Virus record (IMG/VR): IMGVR_UViG_3300031460_000008
Span: 1-27,460 of that record
Source of the DNA: a virus
Taxonomy: Duplodnaviria; Caudoviricetes
Strand: one strand, 5' to 3'
Length of the DNA: 27,460 nt
A program made the position numbers and the translations under genes. The notes beneath the pieces were generated by a model. That model saw nothing but the letters and a program-made list of their open reading frames with translations. It searched no databases and had not been told where the DNA came from. Positions 16,991 through 24,623 of the stretch are shown piece after piece (position 1 is the stretch's first letter; each line of letters starts with the position of its first letter).

Positions 16991-17371
16991 TCATTTCAGC
17001 TCCGTCCGAAGCGCATCAACGCCCGCCAGAGCCGCTTGCACTTGACTGTCAGAAGTATCGCGACCGAGCCGTTCAAGGATTTCCAGTTCGTGTTCATGTG
17101 CCGCCATTTCGCGCTTCAGTTCAGCTTTCACGGCCTCGTGAAGAGCCAAAAAGATCCAGTGCCGAACGCCTTTGATCCGCTCGCGGCTTAAGTTTTCGAA
17201 CGTACCCGGCAAGATACCCAACCGGCTTGCAACACGCTTACGCGCAACGCCAAGAGACAACCCGCTACGCTGGGCCTCTTTGGTCTCCAATCGACGCGCC
17301 CAATCGCGCGCCAGACTGTCGGAAGTCACGGCCGACATCGGCGATTTATCCTTAGTTGATGGATGCAACAT
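16991..17371 (-). CDS. Putative CII-like DNA-binding protein
   Basis: HTH-like ARKRVASRLGILPGTFENLSRERIK plus a coiled-coil tail; CII-equivalent position. Confidence 0.55.
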   Translation of the reverse strand: MLHPSTKDKSPMSAVTSDSLARDWARRLETKEAQRSGLSLGVARKRVASRLGILPGTFENLSRERIKGVRHWIFLALHEAVKAELKREMAAHEHELEILERLGRDTSDSQVQAALAGVDALRTELK

Positions 17372-17621
17372 CTGTTTACCCCGTGCTCATCTGACTGAGC
17401 GAAACGGAGGGGCAATATGACGGAGGAAACCCAACTCGATCTATGGGAACTGTTGGGAACAACTCGCGTCGTAACGGACGCGCTAGGACATCGGCTGGTG
17501 CCCGCCAAGGCATCAAGCCGCGAAGAGAAGGACCGGAGCGCGGCTGCGCTCGACGGCCAAGTTTCCGGCCTGGAGGTAGTGGCCGGATCGGGGAAGCCGC
17601 AGGGCGCGGCAAAGGCGATGT

Positions 17622-17765
17622 TCACAGGTCCGCCCCCGGCTGGCGGCGGTAAAGCACGGCCGCCAGCATGGTCCCGACGACGATGACGAAACCCACGGTG
17701 CCGGCCTTGACGATGCCGGGCTCGAACCAGATCAAGAGTGCGTAGAGTGCAAGGGCGTCGATCAT
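17622..17765 (-). CDS. 47-aa membrane microprotein
   Basis: Manual translation MIDALALYALLIWFEPGIVKAGTVGFVIVVGTMLAAVLYRRQPGADL; ATGA-coupled. Confidence 0.55.
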   Translation of the reverse strand: MIDALALYALLIWFEPGIVKAGTVGFVIVVGTMLAAVLYRRQPGADL

Positions 17766-17911
17766 CGCCAATGCCTTTCCAAACACCGGTCCAGGAATAG
17801 GCCGAAGTTAATGACGGCGTAGACGGTAAAGAAGCTGTCCCAACCGCTTCCAGGGTCCAACACAAGAACTCCTGCACCAAGTGCCGAAAAGACGAGATAA
17901 ACCCACATCAT
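17762..17911 (-). CDS. 49-aa membrane microprotein
   Basis: MMWVYLVFSALGAGVLVLDPGSGWDSFFTVYAVINFGLFLDRCLERHWR; two hydrophobic segments; ATGA-coupled. Confidence 0.55.
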   Translation of the reverse strand: MMWVYLVFSALGAGVLVLDPGSGWDSFFTVYAVINFGLFLDRCLERHWR

Positions 17912-18075
17912 TGTTGCCTGAGCCTCGTGACGGCTTCGTCGTTGCCGAAGCGCTCGGTGAGGATGGCCCAATAGAGATCCGACAGGCGGCGATATTGCTT
18001 GTTAGCCTCGTGCCAGCCGAGCAGTGCGATCGCGGCGATGAGGGAGACGCCGATATCAAAGACGAGGCGGATCAT
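17908..18075 (-). CDS. 55-aa single-TM microprotein
   Basis: Manual translation MIRLVFDIGVSLIAAIALLGWHEANKQYRRLSDLYWAILTERFGNDEAVTRLRQQ; ATGA-coupled. Confidence 0.55.
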   Translation of the reverse strand: MIRLVFDIGVSLIAAIALLGWHEANKQYRRLSDLYWAILTERFGNDEAVTRLRQQ

Positions 18076-18163
18076 GCTACTCTCGCGTATTCGCCGAACG
18101 CATCAACAGCTCGCGTTCTGCCAACGCGATGCTCGTGCATCCAGCCGGGCCGGGCGGCGGCGC

Positions 18164-18259
18164 TCATCGGTGCCTCGCTATCGCGAGGACCCACAAACAG
18201 AGCAGGATGCCGTCCAGGAGGCACCACGCCAGCATGAAGCGCGCGACGATCACCGTCAT
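18164..18259 (-). CDS. 31-aa hydrophobic microprotein
   Basis: Manual translation MTVIVARFMLAWCLLDGILLCLWVLAIARHR; ATGA overlaps at both ends (the next coupled 31-aa ORF is 18072..18167). Confidence 0.45.
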   Translation of the reverse strand: MTVIVARFMLAWCLLDGILLCLWVLAIARHR

Positions 18260-18456
18260 GGACGCGCGCCCACGCAAACCGCGTCGCCAGCGCCATTAGT
18301 CGGTAGCCAGGTACCGCCGCTGTGGATGCACTGGCCTGCGAGGTCGTGGTAACGCTCGCCGGACTTCTCGCAGCCGTACAGGATGGCGCTCGCGATGATC
18401 GCGATAGCGAGGACCCCGAGAAAGCCCATGGCGACGGCAAGCGCGTTCTTGCTCAT
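18256..18456 (-). CDS. 66-aa protein with an N-terminal TM / signal segment
   Basis: Hydrophobic N-terminus followed by C..SGGTW...C. Confidence 0.65.
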   Translation of the reverse strand: MSKNALAVAMGFLGVLAIAIIASAILYGCEKSGERYHDLAGQCIHSGGTWLPTNGAGDAVCVGARP

Positions 18457-18638
18457 GGCGCGGTGTCCTCCGTGAGAGGGACGGTGGCGGGGTCGATCCG
18501 GTGTCCGTCCTCGATGCCGCAGTCGACGCAGCGGTGGAACGACATGCCGGGGCGGTCGTGGTTCGCCGGCACGACATGCAGAACCATCGGGGATTTGCAG
18601 GACGGGCAGGACGGGAGGGTTGTGAAGGCGGGCGTCAC
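18453..18638 (-). CDS. Small zinc-ribbon protein
   Basis: CPSC...CVDC; GTG start overlapping the upstream stop. Confidence 0.55.
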   Translation of the reverse strand: MTPAFTTLPSCPSCKSPMVLHVVPANHDRPGMSFHRCVDCGIEDGHRIDPATVPLTEDTAP

Positions 18639-18913
18639 TGGACTGGCTCCGGGACGGGGACCGCTGGCATCCCCACGGAAACTGAAACGGGCGGATGCAC
18701 GTGCCCTATGACTGCCAAGTAAATGGGAGCCCCGGCATTGAGCAGACGAAGTTCTTCGGGAGTCGGAAGCCACGCCGATATCATGCGAGGCAGGTCGGGC
18801 GCATGCATCTCGTCACGGATCGGCAGGTCGCCGCATGTTCCGTGCTTGTCTCGTTCCCAATCAAGTGGAGCGCCAAGGTTTCGCGTAGCGCCAGCGATGC
18901 GTCCGACGTGCAT
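18635..18913 (-). CDS. Conserved-looking phage hypothetical protein (92 aa)
   Basis: LGAPLDW...CGDLPIRD...SAWLPTPEELRLLNAGAPI...HPPVSV; coupled to its neighbours. Confidence 0.7.
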   Translation of the reverse strand: MHVGRIAGATRNLGAPLDWERDKHGTCGDLPIRDEMHAPDLPRMISAWLPTPEELRLLNAGAPIYLAVIGHVHPPVSVSVGMPAVPVPEPVQ

Positions 18914-19158
18914 CAGAACATCTCCGATGTCAGAGCTTCGGGATCGTCGAGCGACAGATCGGGCCGCGTCCGAAACCTGTCCTCGCTATCTGTCGGCATC
19001 ACCTGGACACCGGAACCGATGCTGTGAGCAGACGGCCGATCGTCCGCGAATGCGTCAGGCAGCCAGCCAGCGCCCTTGCAAGCGGAGCACGGCCTTAATC
19101 TCCGCGAGCCATAGGCTTGGAGCTTGCCGGAACCGCCGCAGGATCGGCAGGGGGTCAT
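18913..19158 (-). CDS. Small protein with DnaJ-like CxxCxGxG zinc-finger repeats
   Basis: CRSCGGSG and CSACKGAG; ATG overlaps the cro stop. Confidence 0.6.
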   Translation of the reverse strand: MTPCRSCGGSGKLQAYGSRRLRPCSACKGAGWLPDAFADDRPSAHSIGSGVQVMPTDSEDRFRTRPDLSLDDPEALTSEMF

Positions 19159-19400
19159 GCCGGCGCTCCCGCGGGCTCGGGGGCGGGCTGGGCGGGGTTG
19201 GGCCCGTGCAGTTTGGTCAGACGATCTGCGTCGAGATCCACGCCGTTCTGTTGCGCGGCGAGCATCAGCTTCGACCAGTACCGCACAGGGATGGACTTTC
19301 GCCGCTTCATTGCCGCGGCGTGCTCGGTCGATTTCCCGATGATGCGACCGACCTCGGACGGGCCGCCGAGCTGAGCGAAAAGGGATTCGATGCTGTCCAT
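19155..19400 (-). CDS. cro: Cro-like repressor
   Basis: LFAQLGGPSEVGRIIG...MKRRKSIPVRYW; divergent from cI. Confidence 0.8.
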   Translation of the reverse strand: MDSIESLFAQLGGPSEVGRIIGKSTEHAAAMKRRKSIPVRYWSKLMLAAQQNGVDLDADRLTKLHGPNPAQPAPEPAGAPA

Positions 19401-19407
19401 GTCCGGC

Positions 19408-19459
19408 GTTGTACGAAACGCACCACGCCGCTGTCAAGGCGAAACGTACAGCACGTTCC
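19408..19459. promoter_or_regulatory. cI/cro switch: leftward promoter plus operators
   Basis: Minus strand TTGACA (19437-19432), 18-nt spacer, TACAAC (19413-19408), 7 nt before the cro ATG. Near-palindromes of TGTACG-N3-CGTACA at 19410-19424, 19436-19450 and 19445-19459. Confidence 0.7.
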
Positions 19460-19473
19460 GACATCATCGGAGG

Positions 19474-20157
19474 ATGGAAGAGCCCTTTGAACGATTAGCC
19501 CGCGCCAGGCGCGATGCAGGATTTGAAGATGCGACCTTCGCTGCCCGGCGTTTCGGCTGGAACGAGAATAGCTATCGCAGCCACGAAAATGGCATGCGCG
19601 GCCTGCGGCGCGACGTAGCCGAGCGGTACGCCAAGGCCTTCCGGGTCAATGCAGGCTGGCTTCTCACCGGCGACATGATGGACCCCTCCCGATCCACCAT
19701 CCCCATCATGGGCCGCATCGGTGCCGGAGCCGAGATCGACGCGGGCGTGGAACAGGTGCCGCCCGAGGGCTATTACAACGCCGAGGCCGTGATCCCGTTG
19801 CCGCCCTACGCCATCGGCTTCGAGGTGGTCGGCGATTCCATGATGCCGCGTTACGGTCCCGGCGACGTGGTGGTCTGCCCTCGGGATGGCACGCCGTTTG
19901 AGCGCATTCCGGACGGCGAGGAGGCGGCGGTGCTCACCGCAGACGGTCGGCGTTTCCTGAAGTTAGCCCTGCGGACCGCCGTGCCGAACATCTACAATCT
20001 GATCAGCGTCAACGCCACGGCGTCGCCGATCCTCGGCGTCGAACTCACGTGGGCCGCAGACGTGCTGACCGTCGTGCGGGCGCGACAGTGGAGCCGTGTG
20101 ACGCATGACGATCGACGGCGGCTCGGCGCCAAGGTAGCGGCGAAGCGGGGCGGGTGA
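19474..20157 (+). CDS. cI: CI-like repressor (XRE HTH + S24 autopeptidase)
   Basis: ERLARARRDAGF...SYRSHENGMR...WLLTG HTH; cleavage-site-like IGAG; catalytic Ser in GDSM; Lys in FLK. ATG at 19474. Confidence 0.92.
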   Translation: MEEPFERLARARRDAGFEDATFAARRFGWNENSYRSHENGMRGLRRDVAERYAKAFRVNAGWLLTGDMMDPSRSTIPIMGRIGAGAEIDAGVEQVPPEGYYNAEAVIPLPPYAIGFEVVGDSMMPRYGPGDVVVCPRDGTPFERIPDGEEAAVLTADGRRFLKLALRTAVPNIYNLISVNATASPILGVELTWAADVLTVVRARQWSRVTHDDRRRLGAKVAAKRGG

Positions 20158-20195
20158 CGGCCGGCAATCGGCAGACTATATAGAGGGGAGCACTC

Positions 20196-20354
20196 GTGAC
20201 ACAGGTCGAGCTATGGTCAGCCGCGAAGGAACCGCCCAAACCACCTCCGAAACCACCGCCGAAGCCGTCGCCGGAAAGGAAATCCGATCCCCGGCCGGGA
20301 CAGGCGAACGATGGTCGGCCGCCGGACCCGAAGCCCCCGAGAGACAAACGATGA
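20196..20354 (+). CDS. 52-aa Pro/Lys-rich peptide (not in the ORF track)
   Basis: GTG preceded by AGAGGGGAG; MTQVELWSAAKEPPKPPPKPPPKPSPERKSDPRPGQANDGRPPDPKPPRDKR; its stop overlaps the next ATG (ATGA, 20351-20354). Confidence 0.6.
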   Translation: MTQVELWSAAKEPPKPPPKPPPKPSPERKSDPRPGQANDGRPPDPKPPRDKR

Positions 20355-20860
20355 CGCCGGAACTGGCGTTGGAAATGAGGCTTCTCCGAAACCTCCGCTA
20401 CCACGAGGATCGGCAAGGGCACTTCGACGCCTGGAACCGATGGATCAACTTCGCAGTGCTGGCGCTTGGCAGCACGGCTGCCGCAACCGCCCTTTCGACA
20501 CATCCGCATGTCGCCGTTTATGGCGGCGCTCTTGCAGCTGCGGCGGGCGCAGCGCAGCTCGTCTTCGACTTCGGCGGCAAGGCCCGGACCCACCTGGAAC
20601 TGCGAAGGTCGTTTGCTCGCCTCTACGCGAAGTCCGTCCAGGCTGGCGCCGACGTCGAGGCACTGCATGCCGAGATGACGGGCCTCTATGCCGACGAACC
20701 GGAGCTGTTTCACGCCGTCAATGCCATGGCTTACAATGCGGCTGAACTCTCCTACGGGCGGTCACGAGATGAACTCTTGAAGGTTGCACCCTGGCGCGCC
20801 GTGCTGCGGCATTACCTCCGGTTCGATCCCGCTAACTTCCCGGACGTGAAGCCGGCGTAG
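20351..20860 (+). CDS. SLATT-like two-TM protein
   Basis: Helix (RNLRYH...F..W), TM1 WINFAVLALGSTAAATAL, TM2 VAVYGGALAAAAGAAQLVFDF, then ARTHLELRRSFARL. True start most likely 20351 rather than 20213. Confidence 0.7.
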   Translation: MTPELALEMRLLRNLRYHEDRQGHFDAWNRWINFAVLALGSTAAATALSTHPHVAVYGGALAAAAGAAQLVFDFGGKARTHLELRRSFARLYAKSVQAGADVEALHAEMTGLYADEPELFHAVNAMAYNAAELSYGRSRDELLKVAPWRAVLRHYLRFDPANFPDVKPA

Positions 20861-20889
20861 CCGCTCACCCTACCCAGCTCGCTTTCCAA

Positions 20890-20915
20890 GCTCGGTTCGA
20901 GCCGGGCATTTTTTT
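20890..20915 (+). terminator. Intrinsic terminator after the SLATT-like gene
   Basis: GCTCGGT-TCGA-GCCGGGC hairpin (with G-U pairs) followed by ATTTTTTT. Confidence 0.7.
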
Positions 20916-20920
20916 GTGTC

Positions 20921-20969
20921 GGCGCTGTACGATTTGTGTTGCGCCCTGTGGCGCTGTGCGATATGTACA
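20921..20969 (+). promoter_or_regulatory. PL-like early promoter with repressor operators
   Basis: TGTACGATTTGTGTT (20926-20940) and TGTGCGATATGTACA (20955-20969) resemble the cI/cro operators; TTGCGC-17-TATGTA promoter-like spacing. Confidence 0.6.
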
Positions 20970-21018
20970 GTCCATCACCCCGGCAGCACCCTTGCTCCGG
21001 CCTGGATGGGAAGCCCCG

Positions 21019-21312
21019 ATGCAAACCCTTACCTGGACCAAGATCGCCGCCGGCCATCACGAGCTGCGCGCAATTGATGGAACCTTGTGGGCCGATGTGG
21101 TGCCACGCGTCGGCGAATTCAGCCGCAAGGGCTCAATGCAGGGAACGGTGCGCCTGCCCGACTTTCACATGCGCGGTGGCGTCGAGTGGTGGGTGGTCGG
21201 CACCAACACGGGGGCTGCCAAGCGGTTCGTCGAAGCTTGGATGCGCCGCAACGCCTGCGCGGCCGAGAACTTTCAGATTGTGGAAGCTTGCGTCACGAGA
21301 GTGGCCGCGTGA
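21019..21312 (+). CDS. Hypothetical early protein (97 aa)
   Basis: ATG at 21019 after GGGAAG; first gene after the PL-like promoter. Confidence 0.6.
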   Translation: MQTLTWTKIAAGHHELRAIDGTLWADVVPRVGEFSRKGSMQGTVRLPDFHMRGGVEWWVVGTNTGAAKRFVEAWMRRNACAAENFQIVEACVTRVAA

Positions 21313-21473
21313 TGCCCGCCCCGATCGTCCGCACCCAGCTCGGCTTCGTCCCGCCCGAGCCCGATCCCGCCTCCCGCATGATCGTCCAGTCCGTCGTGGC
21401 CTTCGCCGATGCGCTTGCTGCGATCGGGGTCGTGGTGGCTGTGCTGGCCATGTGCATCGCAAGGGGAGGCTGA
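21312..21473 (+). CDS. 53-aa protein with a C-terminal TM segment
   Basis: MPAPIVRTQLG...LAAIGVVVAVLAMCIARGG; TGATG-coupled. Confidence 0.55.
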   Translation: MPAPIVRTQLGFVPPEPDPASRMIVQSVVAFADALAAIGVVVAVLAMCIARGG

Positions 21474-21474
21474 G

Positions 21475-21885
21475 ATGGCCGATCACCCTGAACTGGCCCA
21501 TCGGCCCAGCCGATGCACGCCCGCCGATGCCGGGATCGAGATGCTTCCCGGACTGCCGGAGGAGGATGTGGCTGCACTGAACGCCTACTTCTGGCCGTTC
21601 GCCGCGCCCGTCACAGTGCAGATTGACGGTGACCGTCGGATATACTGCCTGAGTTGCGGTCAAGAGATCAACAGCTTCAGGCAAATGTTCAGTATCGGGG
21701 TCGCGATGATGTGGGGACTGACTCACGGCGAGGCAACGTGTACAGGCTGCGGCTGGCCTGCCAGGGGCATGCACTACGTCAAGCGCGAGGACGGCACCGA
21801 GGTCTGCACGATCCGCAACCTCTTCCTGCAGTATCACCCGGACGAGGTGAGTGTCCGGCAGCCATCCACCGGAAAGGCCGCGTGA
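21475..21885 (+). CDS. Zn-finger-like hypothetical protein (136 aa)
   Basis: GGGGAGG ribosome-binding site; CLSC...GEATCTGCGWPAR. Confidence 0.7.
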   Translation: MADHPELAHRPSRCTPADAGIEMLPGLPEEDVAALNAYFWPFAAPVTVQIDGDRRIYCLSCGQEINSFRQMFSIGVAMMWGLTHGEATCTGCGWPARGMHYVKREDGTEVCTIRNLFLQYHPDEVSVRQPSTGKAA

Positions 21886-22574
21886 TGCCCGCCCCCCGCA
21901 CCGCCACCACTGCCGCCGAAGCCTTGGACCGCTACGAGGTCTATCGCGCGGCTGACGCGCTCATTCAGAAGAGCTGGCACGCATGTAGCGAAGATGGCAG
22001 CGCCCTCGCCTGTGCCCTCAGCGTCATTGATCCTGATATGAATTTCGCGAGACAGTGTCCTGCGCAGATCATGCCGCGTTGGCTCGCTCTATTGGTTCCA
22101 TGGCTGTTCGACAATCAGGCTAAGGCCGACGCTCTGGACTGGGGTTCGCGATTCTATCGCGAACTGGCCCGGCTGGACGGGCGCGTCCCCTTCTCGGTGG
22201 TCCATGACTGGCAAGGCAACGTCATTGGATCGCTCGCCGTTGAGATGAGCACGAAACGCGGGAGCAAGGTCGAGGCGCACGAAGCTCTCAGGGCTATGCA
22301 TGCCGAGGCCCTCGCTGGGAAATCGTTCACCGCTGACGAATGGCGCCCGGTCTTGAAGGCGGCCTTTATCGACGCCGACGCCTTTTCCTCCGCCAATGCC
22401 AACGACCTCGCCTTCGCTTCCGCCCTAGCCAGCGCTAACGCCTCCGCCTCCGCCAATGCTTATGCTTATGCTTATGCCTGCACAAATGAGGACGCCGACG
22501 AGGTGGCTATCAAGCGTCTGGCTTACGGTCTTGTGGACTGCTTGGCACGCGTCCCGACCGGAAAGGCCGCGTGA
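21885..22574 (+). CDS. Hypothetical protein with an Ala-rich low-complexity tract
   Basis: LACAL, CPAQIMPRWLA..VPWLFD, and an ANASASANAYAYAYA tract; TGATG-coupled start. Confidence 0.7.
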   Translation: MPAPRTATTAAEALDRYEVYRAADALIQKSWHACSEDGSALACALSVIDPDMNFARQCPAQIMPRWLALLVPWLFDNQAKADALDWGSRFYRELARLDGRVPFSVVHDWQGNVIGSLAVEMSTKRGSKVEAHEALRAMHAEALAGKSFTADEWRPVLKAAFIDADAFSSANANDLAFASALASANASASANAYAYAYACTNEDADEVAIKRLAYGLVDCLARVPTGKAA

Positions 22575-22581
22575 GACCGAG

Positions 22582-22890
22582 ATGCCCAGCTTTGATCTCA
22601 TCCTGGAGCAGGTCCAGCCATTCGACGGTATCGATTTGCCGACCGACGTCCGCATTTCCGGCACCTATCGGGATCGCGACAACTACACGATCGACCATGT
22701 CGAGATGCCGGGGCGGCAAGTCAGCGACGGCTGGCGGATCATCAACCGGACGCACCCGCTCTGGACGCACGCCTTCGGCCGCATCGTCGACAGTCCCGCC
22801 ACGGCCGACCTCATTGATGCGGTGATCCGCGCCGAGATGGAGGCCGACCGCGACGCCAGCCTAGTCGAAGAAGTGGAGGCATGGTTATGA
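22582..22890 (+). CDS. Hypothetical protein (102 aa)
   Basis: MPSFDLILEQVQPF start; ATGA-coupled to the next gene. Confidence 0.6.
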   Translation: MPSFDLILEQVQPFDGIDLPTDVRISGTYRDRDNYTIDHVEMPGRQVSDGWRIINRTHPLWTHAFGRIVDSPATADLIDAVIRAEMEADRDASLVEEVEAWL

Positions 22891-23228
22891 CCGACCACGC
22901 CTCCCACAACCCGCCGCACCTCGCGGTCGTCGCCTCCACCGAGTTCCGCCGCTTCCTCAACGGGTTGTGCATCCTGACGAACCTCGACGCCAGCGAGTTG
23001 ATCGCGGCCGGCGTCATCGATGAGCCCACCGGGTTCCGGCGCTTCGAAGACGACCCCTACCGCTGGTTCATCCGCGCCGATGATGCCCGCGCCGCTGCGC
23101 TCTGGACCTTGATCCAGTTGCGACAGCCCGAGGCGCTGCGGATCGACCCGCCACTTTCCCGCTACGGAGCGAACCATGACCTCCCTCGAACCCGTCAAGG
23201 CCGCCATAGCGGAGACGCGGGACGCTAG
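22887..23228 (+). CDS. Hypothetical protein
   Basis: GGAGG ribosome-binding site; F..DPYRWFIRADD..A.ALW segment. Confidence 0.6.
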   Translation: MTDHASHNPPHLAVVASTEFRRFLNGLCILTNLDASELIAAGVIDEPTGFRRFEDDPYRWFIRADDARAAALWTLIQLRQPEALRIDPPLSRYGANHDLPRTRQGRHSGDAGR

Positions 23229-23565
23229 CACTCTATGGACAGTACGTGAGATCCTAAACGATTGGCACGTTGGTGATATAGATGAAGCTTCGGACCAAGA
23301 TGTTGCTGACGGGCGGGATTATTCTGACCACCTCCTCACCGAAGCCGCCTGGCGCGCCGTCGCGGCGATGCCGATCACGGATGCGATGGTCGAGGTAGGG
23401 GCACGGAGGATATGTCGAGTGCGCCTGGAAGGCCAAAGATCCGGTGGGTATCCACTAGATGAAAACCTCATATTGAAGCTGATCGAGGGCGTTTGGCGCG
23501 ACCATAAAAATGAAGCTCGCGCCTGCCTCGAAGCCGCCAAAGCTGGCGCGACAGGAGGCCAGTAG
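23176..23565 (+). CDS. Hypothetical protein (129 aa)
   Basis: GGAG ribosome-binding site; ITDAMVEVGAR...ARACLEAA segment. Confidence 0.6.
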   Translation: MTSLEPVKAAIAETRDASTLWTVREILNDWHVGDIDEASDQDVADGRDYSDHLLTEAAWRAVAAMPITDAMVEVGARRICRVRLEGQRSGGYPLDENLILKLIEGVWRDHKNEARACLEAAKAGATGGQ

Positions 23566-24249
23566 ATGTCCGGCATGAAGATTATCGAAGGTCTACAAGA
23601 GGCCGTCGCTCATTCTCGTGGTGATCTATCCCTGCGAGGTATCATCGAAGCGATTATCAATGTCGACTCGCAGGAGCCAACCGACTACCGCCGTCTAGCT
23701 GGTCGGATTGCCGCAAGAATGTCTGGCGAGATCGACCGCCTCACCCGAGACCTCGCCGAAACTCGTGCCGAGCGCGACGCGGCGCGGGCGGTGCCAGAGG
23801 AGCTGCGCCAGTTTAGCGAAGTGGCCCACAAAGGGCGTCTGGTCTTTTCGGACATCTACGATCAGAGGTTTGCTCGGGCCGCAGCGACTTGGGTTCGCGC
23901 CCTAATCGCCGCCCTCGGGTCAGCCACGCCGCCCGCCACCCCGACCGCGTCGGTACAGGCCGGGGAGCGTATGCATCATAATCAGTTTGCAACTGACCTG
24001 GTGCGCGCGGAGGCGCTGGAAGAGGCAGCAAATTTCGGCTGGCCCGATGGCCTGTCTGGAAAGCTTGAAGCCATAGCGGAAGAAATAATCTCCCTAGGCG
24101 TGTCTCCGTCGATGCTGGGCACACTTTGCGGTGCTATGGAGGAAGCGATTGCCCTCTATGCCACCGCCGTCCGCGCCCTCGCCACCCGGGGCACCGGCAC
24201 CGTGCCTGCCGAGCCTGCGGCCGACCGGGACGGGGGAGGCGGGGAATGA
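23566..24249 (+). CDS. Mosaic hypothetical protein (227 aa)
   Basis: AGGAGG ribosome-binding site; KIIEGLQEAVAH N-terminus, a coiled coil, and RAEALEEAA...AVRALA. Confidence 0.6.
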   Translation: MSGMKIIEGLQEAVAHSRGDLSLRGIIEAIINVDSQEPTDYRRLAGRIAARMSGEIDRLTRDLAETRAERDAARAVPEELRQFSEVAHKGRLVFSDIYDQRFARAAATWVRALIAALGSATPPATPTASVQAGERMHHNQFATDLVRAEALEEAANFGWPDGLSGKLEAIAEEIISLGVSPSMLGTLCGAMEEAIALYATAVRALATRGTGTVPAEPAADRDGGGGE

Positions 24250-24623
24250 TCCGCAATCGCGCGACCCCGGATGGCCAAGCGCTAGGCCGCGAGCTGGCCC
24301 GGCTTTGCGACGAAGCCGAACCGCGCGCCCGGTTGAAGGTGCCAGAAATCACGCCGCGTTGTGCCTCGTGCGCGTTCCGAGAGGGTCCGCATCTGGCGAG
24401 TGGATCGCCCGAGACGCTGATGGACGCGCTGAAGTGCGTCATGGAAGGCGTCGAGTTCGGCTGTCACGACGTCCACAGGCCGGATCATCTGTGCTCGGGA
24501 TGGCTGATGCTGACGCTCGCCGACCCTGTGAAACTTGGCAGACTGAAGGTCCCGTGGAACTTCACAGACGGGTCCGACACCCACGCGCGGCCCGCGCCGG
24601 CAGAGACGGAGGGGGACCCGTGA
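24246..24623 (+). CDS. Cys/His-rich hypothetical protein
   Basis: CASCAFR...FGCH...LCSGW; ATGA-coupled. Confidence 0.65.
   Translation: MIRNRATPDGQALGRELARLCDEAEPRARLKVPEITPRCASCAFREGPHLASGSPETLMDALKCVMEGVEFGCHDVHRPDHLCSGWLMLTLADPVKLGRLKVPWNFTDGSDTHARPAPAETEGDP

Noticed and set aside
20213-20350. N-terminal 46 aa of the 215-aa ORF call
   Set aside because: ATG at 20213 lacks a good RBS, whereas GTG at 20196 has one and its ORF couples by ATGA to ATG at 20351.
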